This document shows, piece by piece, positions 1 to 7,492 of a stretch of DNA of 32,000 bases. The stretch's first letter is position 1; each line of letters begins with the position of its first letter. The position numbers and the translations under genes were made by a program. The notes beneath the pieces are model-generated. The model was not told the origin of the DNA. It ran no database searches and saw only the letters and a list, made by a program, of their open reading frames with translations. Location: contig CAWJMG010000003.1 in NCBI GenBank assembly GCA_963843975.1, forward strand, positions 600,001-632,000, written 5' to 3'. The stretch comes from an uncultured Actinomycetes bacterium. GTDB lineage: Bacteria > Actinomycetota > Actinomycetes > S36-B12 > CAIYMF01.

Positions 1-873
1 CGGCCGCTGGCGCGCTCCAGATCTCGCCCGCCAACACCTCGATCGCGCTGTCGACGTACGCCGACAAGGGCCTCTACTTCCGCACCGCGCCGCCGGACAC
101 GTTCCAGGGCGCCGTCCTCGGCCAGCTGGCCAGCGCGGACCACAAGACCGCCGCTGTCCTCGCGCTGCAGGACGCCTACGGCGAAGGTCTCGCGAAGACC
201 TTCGTCCAGGCGTTCACCGCTGCCGGTGGCACCATGGCGATCGACCCGATCATCTACGACCCGAAGGCCGCGTCCTACGAGGCCGAGGTCACCAAGGTGA
301 AGGGTGCCAACCCGGAGGCTCTGGTCCTCATCGGCTTCGACGAGTCGAAGAAGATCCTCCAGGAGCTCATCAAGCAGGGCATCGGCCCGGACAAGCTGCC
401 GCTGTTCCTCTGCGACGGCAACCTGGCCCAGTCCCTCGCCGAGGGCCTGCCCGCCGGCATCATGAACGGCAGCCAGGGCACGACCCCGGGCGCCAAGGCC
501 TCCGACGCGTTCAAGGCCTCGCTCCTGTCGATCGACCCCAAGCCTCGAGGACTTCTCCTACGCTCCCGAGTCGTACGACGCCGTGAACCTCGTCGCCCTG
601 GCCGCTGAGGCTGCCAAGTCCGACGCGGGCACCGCGATCGCGGCGAAGATGCAGGAGGTCTCCTCCGGTGGCGAGAAGTGCACCAACTTCAAGGACTGCA
701 AGGCCCTTCTCGACGGTGGCAAGGACATCGACTACGAGGGCCAGTCGGGTCCGTGCGACCTCGACGCCAACGGCGACCCGTCCAAGGCCACCATGGGCGT
801 CTACGCCTACGGCCCGGACAACAAGTACGCCGCTGTCGACTTCATCTCGGGCGACGTCCCGGCCGCGAGCTGA
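1..873 (+). pseudogene. Branched-chain amino-acid ABC transporter substrate-binding protein (LivK / type-I periplasmic binding fold). The 5' end is cut by the window edge and a single extra base near 543 interrupts the frame.
   Basis: Frame 3 from base 3 reads AAGALQISPANTSIALSTYADKGLYFRTAPPDTFQGAVLGQLA... and runs through track ORF 234..608 up to ...SLLSIDPK, after which sense is lost (PRGLLLRSRVV...). The next frame from 544 reads LEDFSYAPESYDAVNLVALAAEAAKSDAGTAIAAKM... (track ORF 583..873) to TGA 871-873. The span 3..873 is 871 nt, which is 3n+1. Confidence 0.8.
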
Positions 874-900
874 TCTCAGCCCGCTGAAGTCCTAGCACCG

Positions 901-936
901 GAAGACCCCCGCAGCCCCCGGGCTGCGGGGGTCTTC
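901..936 (+). terminator. Rho-independent terminator candidate downstream of the binding-protein gene
   Basis: GAAGACCCCCGCAGCCC (901-917) pairs perfectly with GGGCTGCGGGGGTCTTC (920-936). A short T-containing tail (tgctgt) follows, and the hairpin starts 28 nt after the stop codon. Confidence 0.7.
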
Positions 937-1014
937 TGCTGTCCCGGCCCAGGTGCCGAGCTCCGCCGTGCACCGACGCGCCTCGCGGCCCGTGCCCCAC
1001 GGCGCGAAAACCCG

Positions 1015-1105
1015 GAGAAGAGGTCACCAGAAGCCCCCTGAAGGGCGCTCTGTGACCCTGAGGGCCTGAAAGCGCCCGTGAAGGGCCTTCTGGTGACCAC
1101 TTCTC
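1015..1105. repeat. Long imperfect inverted repeat (35-nt arms, 21-nt spacer) containing three CCnTGA(A)GGGC mini-hairpin modules
   Basis: The left arm GAGAAGAGGTCACCAGAAGCCCCCTGAAGGGCGCT (1015-1049) matches the reverse complement of the right arm (1071-1105) at about 30 of 35 positions. CCCTGAAGGGC, CCCTGAGGGC and CCGTGAAGGGC start at 1036, 1056 and 1076, a 20-nt spacing. Confidence 0.6.
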
Positions 1106-1139
1106 GGCCCTGTGGGGCGCTTCGAGGGGGCTGGACGTG

Positions 1140-1174
1140 CGAGGAGCCCCGGACGGCGTGTCCGGGGCTCCTCG
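1140..1174. terminator. Perfect 15-bp GC-rich hairpin, likely the terminator of the livF-like gene (minus strand)
   Basis: CGAGGAGCCCCGGAC (1140-1154), loop ggcgt, GTCCGGGGCTCCTCG (1160-1174). It lies 36 nt downstream of the minus-strand stop at 1210. No clear U-tract on that strand. Confidence 0.5.
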
Positions 1175-1177
1175 GTC

Positions 1178-1207
1178 GTTCTGAGCCGTTCTGGGTGGTT
1201 CTGGGCT
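1178..1207. repeat. Three tandem copies of a 10-nt unit (GTTCTGrG core)
   Basis: GTTCTGAG, GTTCTGGG and GTTCTGGG start at 1178, 1188 and 1198, an exact 10-nt phase. They sit between the 1140-1174 hairpin and the livF-like stop codon. Confidence 0.5.
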
Positions 1208-1209
1208 GG

Positions 1210-2076
1210 CTAGGCCTTGGCGAGGGTGCCGAGGTAGAGCTGGATGACCTTGGGGTCGGTGGCCAGGTCGCGGCCGCTGCCCGTGTAGGCGTTGCGCCCC
1301 TGGTCGAGCACGTAGCCGCGGTCGCAGATCTGCAGGCAGCGGCGGGCGTTCTGCTCGACCATGATCACGGTGACGCCGGTCTTGTTGATCTCCCGGACGC
1401 GCACGAAGACCTCGTCGGTGAGCGCGGGGGACAGGCCCGCGGACGGCTCGTCGAGCAGGAGCACCGACGGGTTCATCATGAGCGCGCGGCCCATGGCGAC
1501 CATCTGGCGCTCGCCGCCCGAGAGCGAGCCCGCGCGCTGCTTGCGCCGGTCGCCGAGGGTGGGGAACAGGTTCGTGACGAAGTCGAAGCGCTCGGAGTAG
1601 CTCGCCGGCGCCTGGTAGGACCCCATCTGGAGGTTCTCCTCGATGGTGAGCGAGGGGAACACGTTGTTCGTCTGCGGGACGAACCCGATGCCGCGCTTGA
1701 CCAGCTGGTCGGCGCGCATGTTGGTGATCTCCTCGCCCCGCAGCGTCACCGCGCCCTCGCGGATGCGCACGAGGCCGAACAGCGCCTTGAGGAGCGTCGA
1801 CTTGCCGGCGCCGTTCGGGCCGATGATGCCGACCAGCTCGCCCTCGTGGGCGTAGAGGTCGGCGCCGTTGAGGATGTTGACCCCGGGCAGGTAGCCCGCG
1901 ATGACGTCGTCGACGCGGACGAGCGCGCCCTCGGCCTCGGACAGGTGCGAGGTGCGGTCCAGCGACTCCGAGCGCGCCGAGCCGTGCCCGTGGCCGTGCT
2001 CGTGGTCGTGGTGCTGCTCGGCGTCGACATGGAGCTCGCGCTGGAACTCGCTCGGGTTGTCGGGGGTGACGCTCAT
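1210..2076 (-). CDS. livF: Branched-chain amino-acid ABC transporter ATP-binding protein (LivF-like) with a His-rich N-terminal extension
   Basis: Translation from ATG 2076 reads MSVTPDNPSEF... It shows Walker A GPNGAGKST, signature LSGGERQ, Walker B LLLDEPS and the typical LivF C-terminus PKVIQLYLG. The ATG overlaps the upstream stop (ATGA, 2073-2076). The rest of track ORF 1210..2748 upstream of 2076 is an Arg/Gly-rich artefact. Confidence 0.9.
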   Translation of the reverse strand: MSVTPDNPSEFQRELHVDAEQHHDHEHGHGHGSARSESLDRTSHLSEAEGALVRVDDVIAGYLPGVNILNGADLYAHEGELVGIIGPNGAGKSTLLKALFGLVRIREGAVTLRGEEITNMRADQLVKRGIGFVPQTNNVFPSLTIEENLQMGSYQAPASYSERFDFVTNLFPTLGDRRKQRAGSLSGGERQMVAMGRALMMNPSVLLLDEPSAGLSPALTDEVFVRVREINKTGVTVIMVEQNARRCLQICDRGYVLDQGRNAYTGSGRDLATDPKVIQLYLGTLAKA

Positions 2077-3014
2077 GCCTGCTCCTCCGGGGTCGCCTCG
2101 GGCGCGGCCTCGGGGGCCGGGACGTCGTCGGCCGTGAAGGCCTCGCCGCTCTCGGTGAGCGCCTGGTCGTGGTGCGCGCCGAGGTAGGCGTCGATCACGG
2201 CCTGGTCGCTCATCACGGCGTCGGGCGGACCCTCGGCGATGATCTGGCCCTGGCCCATCACGATCACCCAGTCGCTGATGTCGCGGACCATGTCCATGTC
2301 GTGCTCGACGAACAGCACGGTCATGCCCTGCTCGCGGAGGTCCTTGATGTGGCCGAGCAGCGACTGCGTCAGGGCCGGGTTCACACCGGCCATCGGCTCG
2401 TCGAGCATGACCATCTCCGGGCCCACCATGAGAGCGCGCGCCATCTCGAGCAGCTTGCGCTGGCCGCCGGACATCTCGCCGGCGAAGTCCTCGCGCTTGG
2501 CGTCGAGCTTGAAGCGGGCGAGCAGCTCGTCGGCCCGCTCGGTGTTCTTCTTCTCCTGCGCCGACCAGAGGAAGGGGAGGAGCGCACGGAAGAAGCTCTC
2601 GCCCTTCTGCCCCGTGGCGCCGAGCCGCATGTTCTCGATGACCGTGAGCTTGGACAGCGCCTTGGTCAGCTGGAACGTGCGGACCATGCCCATGCGCGCG
2701 ACCTTGTGCGGCGCAACGCCCTTCAGGCTCGTGCCGTTGAGGGCCCACTCGCCCTCGTTCGGCTGGTCGAAGCCGGTGAGCAGGTTGAAGAACGTGGTCT
2801 TGCCTGCACCGTTGGGACCGATGAGCGCGGTGATCGCGCCGCGCTGGATCTCGACGTGGCCGACGTTGACCGCGGTGAGGCCGCCGAAGCGGCGCACGAT
2901 GCCGTCGGCGACGACGATCGGGTCGGGCTTCTTCGAGCCCGGCGTGTGCTCGACGCCGGCAAGGGCGGCGACGGCGGCCTCCTTGCGGCTGCCGTAGGTG
3001 GTGTCAGCGGGCAT
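2073..3014 (-). CDS. livG: Branched-chain amino-acid ABC transporter ATP-binding protein (LivG-like)
   Basis: 313-aa ORF with Walker A GPNGAGKTT, signature MSGGQRK, Walker B VMLDEPMAG and the LivG-type insert between Walker A and the signature motif. Its start overlaps the livM-like gene end by 11 nt. Confidence 0.9.
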   Translation of the reverse strand: MPADTTYGSRKEAAVAALAGVEHTPGSKKPDPIVVADGIVRRFGGLTAVNVGHVEIQRGAITALIGPNGAGKTTFFNLLTGFDQPNEGEWALNGTSLKGVAPHKVARMGMVRTFQLTKALSKLTVIENMRLGATGQKGESFFRALLPFLWSAQEKKNTERADELLARFKLDAKREDFAGEMSGGQRKLLEMARALMVGPEMVMLDEPMAGVNPALTQSLLGHIKDLREQGMTVLFVEHDMDMVRDISDWVIVMGQGQIIAEGPPDAVMSDQAVIDAYLGAHHDQALTESGEAFTADDVPAPEAAPEATPEEQA

Positions 3015-3987
3015 CGAGCGCCAGCTCCTTCCGGTCGCCGAAGATCCCCTGTGGTCGGTAGATCATGAGCAGCATCAGACCGAGCCCGACCAGCATGAAG
3101 CGGATCTGGCCGACCTGGGTGCTGGTGATGAACGTGATGACGCCGTTCGCCACGGCCTCCGTGAGGAACTCGCCGACGAAGATGATCAGGGCCCAGAAGA
3201 TGATCGCGCCGACGACCGGGCCGAAGACCCGGGCAGCGCCGCCCAGGATGAGGATCGTGTAGGCGAAGAACGTGAAGTCCGTCGAGAACGTGTCCGGCTG
3301 GACCGCCTGGGTGTACACGGCGGAGATGAAGCCGCCGAAGGCGCCGATGACGCCACCGAGGATGAGCGCCTGCATCTTGTACGAGTAGACGTTCTTGCCG
3401 AGCGAGCGCACGGCGTCCTCGTCCTCGCGGATGCCCTTGAGCACGCGGCCCCAGGGCGAGCGCACGAGGAGCCACACGACGAGCAGCCAGAACGCGACCA
3501 CCGACCAGCCCACCACGAAGACCCAGGAGTCGTTCTTGCTGAAGCTGATCGGGCCGAGAGCGATGCCCGTCCTGAACGGGTTGAGCGCGTAGAACTCGTC
3601 AGCGAAGCGCGTGATGCCGTCGGAGCCGCCGAAGATCTCGCGGAAGGTCACCGAGCGCACGAGGAGGCGGATGATCTCCGCCGCCGCGATGGTGACGATG
3701 GCGAGGTAGTCGGCTCGCAGCCGCAGGGTCGGAAGACCCAGCAGGAGCGCCAGGACCACCGTGCCGAGGATGCCCACGAGGACGCCGAGCCAGAGGCTCG
3801 CCCCGAGGTAGGACACCGTGACCGCGAGGCCGTAGGCGGCGACGGCGAGGAAGCCGGCCTGACCGAAGTTCAGGAGGCCCGTGTAGCCGAAGTGCACGTT
3901 GAGGCCGATAGCCGCGAGGCAGTAGATGATCGCCAGGATGCCGATCGACTGCGTCAGCGTCTGGCTGATGATGTTTCCCCAGTCCAT
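3004..3987 (-). CDS. livM: Branched-chain amino-acid ABC transporter permease (LivM-like)
   Basis: 327-aa polytopic ORF (MDWGNIISQTLTQSIGILAIIYCLAAIGLNVHFGYTGLLNFGQAGF...). A GGAGAGGG Shine-Dalgarno lies just upstream of ATG 3987. Confidence 0.9.
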   Translation of the reverse strand: MDWGNIISQTLTQSIGILAIIYCLAAIGLNVHFGYTGLLNFGQAGFLAVAAYGLAVTVSYLGASLWLGVLVGILGTVVLALLLGLPTLRLRADYLAIVTIAAAEIIRLLVRSVTFREIFGGSDGITRFADEFYALNPFRTGIALGPISFSKNDSWVFVVGWSVVAFWLLVVWLLVRSPWGRVLKGIREDEDAVRSLGKNVYSYKMQALILGGVIGAFGGFISAVYTQAVQPDTFSTDFTFFAYTILILGGAARVFGPVVGAIIFWALIIFVGEFLTEAVANGVITFITSTQVGQIRFMLVGLGLMLLMIYRPQGIFGDRKELALDAR

Positions 3988-3999
3988 GACCCTCTCCTC

Positions 4000-5268
4000 T
4001 CAGCCGATCCGCTCGCGTCGTCCGAGCAGGCCCTGCGGCCGGACGATGAGAACGAGGATCAGGATCACGAGTGCGCTGACGCTCTTGAGCTCCGGCGGCA
4101 CGAACAACGTGGACAGGTTGATGAGCAGGCCGATCAGCAGCGATCCGAGGAGCGCGCCGAACGCCGTGCCCAGGCCGCCGACCGTGACGCCGGCGAAGAC
4201 GAGCAGCAGGATCTGGAAGCCCATGAACCAGTTGACGCCCTGGGTCATGCCGAGCAGGACGCCGGCCAGCGCCGCCATCGTGGCGCCGAGGATCCAGACG
4301 ACGTTGATGACGCGCTCGACGTCGATGCCGGACGCAGAGGCGAGCGCCGGGTTGTCGGCGACCGCGCGCGACGCCTTGCCCATCTTCGTGCGCAGCAGCC
4401 AGTAGATGCAGAGCAGGATCGCGATGATCGCGACCGCGCCGCCGATCATCGCCTTCGGCGTGATGCTGACGACGCCGATCTGGATGCCGGCCTGGCCGCT
4501 GTACTCGGCGTACTGGACCGTGTTGCCGCCGAAGAAGAACAGGATCACGTAGCGCACGAGGATGCCGAAGCCGATGGAGACGACCAGCATCGCGATGAGG
4601 CCCGTGCCTCGTTTGCGCAGCTTCCGCCAGAGCAGGCGGTCCTGGAGCGAGCCGAGGATCGCGCAGGTGATGAGCGCGAGGGCCGCGGCCAGCACGAGCG
4701 GGATGTGCAGCAGGTTGTTGAACACGTACGTCGAGACCGCGCCCAGCGTGAGCAGCTCGCCGTGCGCGAAGTTCGTGAGGCCCGTGGTGCCGTAGATCAG
4801 CGACAGGCCGACGGCGGACAGCGCCAGGATCAGGCCGAGCAGGAGGCCGTCGACCGTGAGCTGGATCGCCTGCTCCCACTTGGACGTGGTCTCCACGACC
4901 CCATCACCGGTGGGGAACTGGATGCGCACCTTCCCGAGGAACGCGTTCACCGTCCGGGTGTTGCCGGAGTCGGGCGCGAGCGCCACACCCTCGGGGAGGG
5001 TGGCCTCGTCGAGGACGACCTTGTACGTGCCGGACTTGGGGGTCTTGATCTCCCAGGCGCCGGTGGCGTCCGTGGTCGCGGCCCCGGAGAAACCGGTGTC
5101 GTTGCTGGCGGTGATCTTCACGCCGGCGACGCCCTTGTCCGCCGCGGTGACCGTGCCGAAGAGCACGGGACCGGACGTAGACGCCGCGGCCGGGGATGCA
5201 CCCAGGCCGACGACGAGGGCTGCCGCAGCGAGCAAGGCGGCCAGCAGAGCCGCAGCGCGTGCGCGCAC
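4000..5268 (-). CDS. livH: Branched-chain amino-acid ABC transporter permease (LivH-like) fused to an N-terminal signal peptide and a secreted beta-sandwich-like domain
   Basis: GTG 5268 is preceded by AAGGAGGA (5273-5280). The product reads VRARAAALLAALLAAAALVVGLGASPAAA (signal-like). Next comes GTVTAADKGVAGVKITASNDTGFSGAATTDATGAWEIKTPKSGTYKVVL, a carboxypeptidase-regulatory-like pattern. The LivH core follows (LGLILALSAVGLSLIYGTTGLTNFAHGEL...). The track ORF start at 5451 has no ribosome-binding site and adds non-protein-like sequence. Confidence 0.85.
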   Translation of the reverse strand: MRARAAALLAALLAAAALVVGLGASPAAASTSGPVLFGTVTAADKGVAGVKITASNDTGFSGAATTDATGAWEIKTPKSGTYKVVLDEATLPEGVALAPDSGNTRTVNAFLGKVRIQFPTGDGVVETTSKWEQAIQLTVDGLLLGLILALSAVGLSLIYGTTGLTNFAHGELLTLGAVSTYVFNNLLHIPLVLAAALALITCAILGSLQDRLLWRKLRKRGTGLIAMLVVSIGFGILVRYVILFFFGGNTVQYAEYSGQAGIQIGVVSITPKAMIGGAVAIIAILLCIYWLLRTKMGKASRAVADNPALASASGIDVERVINVVWILGATMAALAGVLLGMTQGVNWFMGFQILLLVFAGVTVGGLGTAFGALLGSLLIGLLINLSTLFVPPELKSVSALVILILVLIVRPQGLLGRRERIG

Positions 5269-5469
5269 TCGGTCCTCCTTCGCGCGAGAGAGCCGAGGCT
5301 CTCGCCGGGCCCGGGAAGGTCCCGGGCGCTCCCGTCCACGGGGAACGGTCGCGCCGGAGCATAGCCATGTAACCGGCGTTGCGGGACACAGGTGCCCGGG
5401 CTGTGTCGAGGTCGTGAACACGCGGCCCGCTTCTGCTCCTCGAACCGTCACACGCTCGATACGGGCACG

Positions 5470-6216
5470 TCACACGAGCAGTGCCACCAGGGCCGTCGCC
5501 ACGGGGGCGATTACCAGCGCCGGCAGCATGTCCGCCACGGGGACGTCACGGATCCGGAGCAGCCGCAGGGCCACACCGACCAGGAGCAGCCCGCCGGTCG
5601 CCGTCAGCGCCGAGATCTCAGCCGGCGGCAGCAGGCTGCCGAGCGCCAGCCCGAGGATGGTCCAGAACCCCTGGTAGGCGATGACGGCCAGGGCCGAGGC
5701 GGCGACGCCCCAGCCGAGGGCGGCCGCGAAGGCGATGGACGCGAAGCCGTCCAAGGTCGCCTTCAGGGCCAGCTGCTCGATCCCGGTGCCGAGTCCGTCC
5801 GAGAGCGAGCCCAGGATCGCCAACGGCCCCACGCAGAAGACGAGGGAGGCTGTCACGAAGCCCTCGACGAAACGGTGGCTGCCCGAGTCGTCCGCGCCCT
5901 TCACCAGCCGCCGGCGCAGCCAGGAGCCGAGGCCCTCGAGCCGTGATTCGAGGCGCAGCAGCGAGCCGACGATCGAGCCGACCAGGAGCGAACCGAGCAC
6001 GATGAGCACCGGGGCGCCGGACGGCGTGGCGGCACGCAGCTCGGGGTCGAGGACGGCGGACGCCGACAGCGCGGCCACCAGCAGGACCACGAGGCCGAGG
6101 CCGTCGGTGACCACCTGACGTGTGCGCTCGGGCAGCCGGTCGCCGAGGGCCACGCCGATGGCGGACCCCACCAGGATCGCCACCACGTTCACGAGCGTCC
6201 CGGTTCCGGGCGGCAC
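5470..6216 (-). CDS. DUF554-family (YqgA-like) integral membrane protein
   Basis: GTG 6216 sits behind GGAGA. The product reads VPPGTGTLVNVVAILVGSAIGVALGDRLPERTRQVVTDGLGLV..., a pattern I recognise as DUF554. The upstream part of track ORF 5470..6405 is Arg/Pro-rich and not protein-like. Confidence 0.75.
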   Translation of the reverse strand: MPPGTGTLVNVVAILVGSAIGVALGDRLPERTRQVVTDGLGLVVLLVAALSASAVLDPELRAATPSGAPVLIVLGSLLVGSIVGSLLRLESRLEGLGSWLRRRLVKGADDSGSHRFVEGFVTASLVFCVGPLAILGSLSDGLGTGIEQLALKATLDGFASIAFAAALGWGVAASALAVIAYQGFWTILGLALGSLLPPAEISALTATGGLLLVGVALRLLRIRDVPVADMLPALVIAPVATALVALLV

Positions 6217-6419
6217 GGCGTCTCCTCGTCCGTCGGTTCGGATCCTGCTGCCAGGTGGGCGTCGGGCGACGGGATCCGTGCCTGGCGGGCGGGTGTGATG
6301 CAGATTCTTGCGCGAAGCCCTTGCCGGGGGTCGGGGCGGGGGACCTAGAGTGCGGTTCCGGTGACGGGGGGTCACTCCGCGGCGGGGCCCTGGGCCCCGG
6401 CGCACTCCTGGGAGGTGCT

Positions 6420-7040
6420 GTGGGTCGTTCGCCTGTAGCCATCCGCACGGTCGCGGCGCACGAGATCGACTCCCTCGCCGAGCTCTGGAACGAGCTCATC
6501 ACGCAGGAGCACGCGAGCCTCGTCGTCCCCGGCTCCCTCGACATCGCCGAGCGTGTCCGCGAGCGCGTCATCGCCTCGGAGGACGCCGTCGCCGCGGGGA
6601 GGCGTCCGACCTTCCGCGTCATCGTGGCCGACGTCGAGGGCGCACCCGTCGGCTTCGCCTCGCTGTCCGTCGTCGACCGGGGCCTGCTGTCGGCGACCGC
6701 AGCGGTCGTGGTGGACGTCGTGCACGTGAGCGGCAAGCACCGCAAGCACGGCGTGGGCACCGCGCTGCTCCGCGAGGCCGCGGGCTTCGCCGACGAGGTC
6801 GGTGCCGGCGACGTCGTCGTGAACGTCCCGCCGACACATCGCGACGTCAACCGCTTCTTCGCCCGCTACGGTTTCACGCCGATGGTCGTACGCCGTTCCG
6901 CGCCGATCGGCCAGCTGCGTCGCCGCCTCGGCGTCGAGCCGCGCCTGGACGTGCGCGACACCACGGTCGATCTCACGCCGACGCAGCGCTCGCTGCGCCG
7001 GCGGGTGCTGCTCACCCCGCGTCGCGCCGTCCGCCCCTGA
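6420..7040 (+). CDS. GNAT-family N-acetyltransferase
   Basis: GTG 6420 follows GGAGG (6411-6415). The acetyl-CoA motif-A-like segment is VVHVSGKHRKHGVGTALLREAAGFA, followed by NRFFARYGF. The start is uncertain by a few codons. Confidence 0.75.
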   Translation: MGRSPVAIRTVAAHEIDSLAELWNELITQEHASLVVPGSLDIAERVRERVIASEDAVAAGRRPTFRVIVADVEGAPVGFASLSVVDRGLLSATAAVVVDVVHVSGKHRKHGVGTALLREAAGFADEVGAGDVVVNVPPTHRDVNRFFARYGFTPMVVRRSAPIGQLRRRLGVEPRLDVRDTTVDLTPTQRSLRRRVLLTPRRAVRP

Positions 7041-7047
7041 GGCCGGA

Positions 7048-7068
7048 GGGCGCCCTCGTCAGGCGCCC
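7048..7068. terminator. Short GC hairpin between convergent genes (possible bidirectional terminator)
   Basis: GGGCGCC (7048-7054), loop ctcgtca, GGCGCCC (7062-7068). It overlaps the thioesterase stop codon. Confidence 0.3.
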
Positions 7069-7469
7069 GGGCGGTCGCGCAGCAGGCACGTGATGCGCGA
7101 CGTGCACACGCGCGTGCCCTCGTCGTCCACGATCACGACCTCGAAGGTCGCGAGCGTGCGACCGAGGGAGATGGCGGTGGCCGTGCCCGTGACGTGGCCC
7201 GAGGTGGCGCTGCGGTGATGGGTGGCGTTGATCTCGATGCCGACCGGGACCTTCTCGGGGCCGGCGTGGAGGGCTGCCGCGAACGAGCCGAGGGTCTCGG
7301 CGAGCACGACACTGGCACCCCCGTGCAGCAGGCCGAACGGCTGGCGGTTGCCCGCCACCGGCATCCGGCCGACGAACCGCTCCGGCGCCGCCTCGAGGAT
7401 CTCGATCCCCATCGACTCGGCGAGCTCGCCGAGCCCATAACGCATCAACTGCTCCAGGTTGTCCGTCAT
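7059..7469 (-). CDS. Hotdog-fold acyl-CoA thioesterase, PaaI family
   Basis: 136-aa ORF of typical PaaI/YbgC-like size. It contains ...GRMPVAGNRQPFGLLHGGASVVLAETLGS... and ends in a beta-sheet-rich tail. Confidence 0.8.
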   Translation of the reverse strand: MTDNLEQLMRYGLGELAESMGIEILEAAPERFVGRMPVAGNRQPFGLLHGGASVVLAETLGSFAAALHAGPEKVPVGIEINATHHRSATSGHVTGTATAISLGRTLATFEVVIVDDEGTRVCTSRITCLLRDRPGA

Positions 7470-7492
7470 AGGACCACCCTAGGATCAGCAGG

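Noticed and set aside
842-1100. Small minus-strand ORFs (842..1027, 876..1100) in the convergent intergenic region
   Set aside because: They run through terminator hairpins and the inverted repeat. They lack a Shine-Dalgarno and have Arg/Gly/Pro-rich translations.
2998-5364. 788-aa plus-strand ORF covering the livM/livH region
   Set aside because: It is antisense to two well-supported permease genes. Its translation is low-complexity Asp/Glu/Arg/Ala with no motifs, the usual long shadow ORF of a very GC-rich genome.
5269-5451. Longer livH-like start at 5451 (483-aa track ORF)
   Set aside because: The added 61 residues are not protein-like and have no ribosome-binding site. GTG 5268 has a strong AAGGAGGA Shine-Dalgarno and starts directly with a signal-peptide-like sequence.
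6217-6419. Possible riboswitch or leader in the 203-bp DUF554/GNAT divergent gap (two GGATCC palindromes, several short GC hairpins)
   Set aside because: It contains only short generic GC stems. I could not match any known riboswitch core, so it is most simply two divergent promoters.
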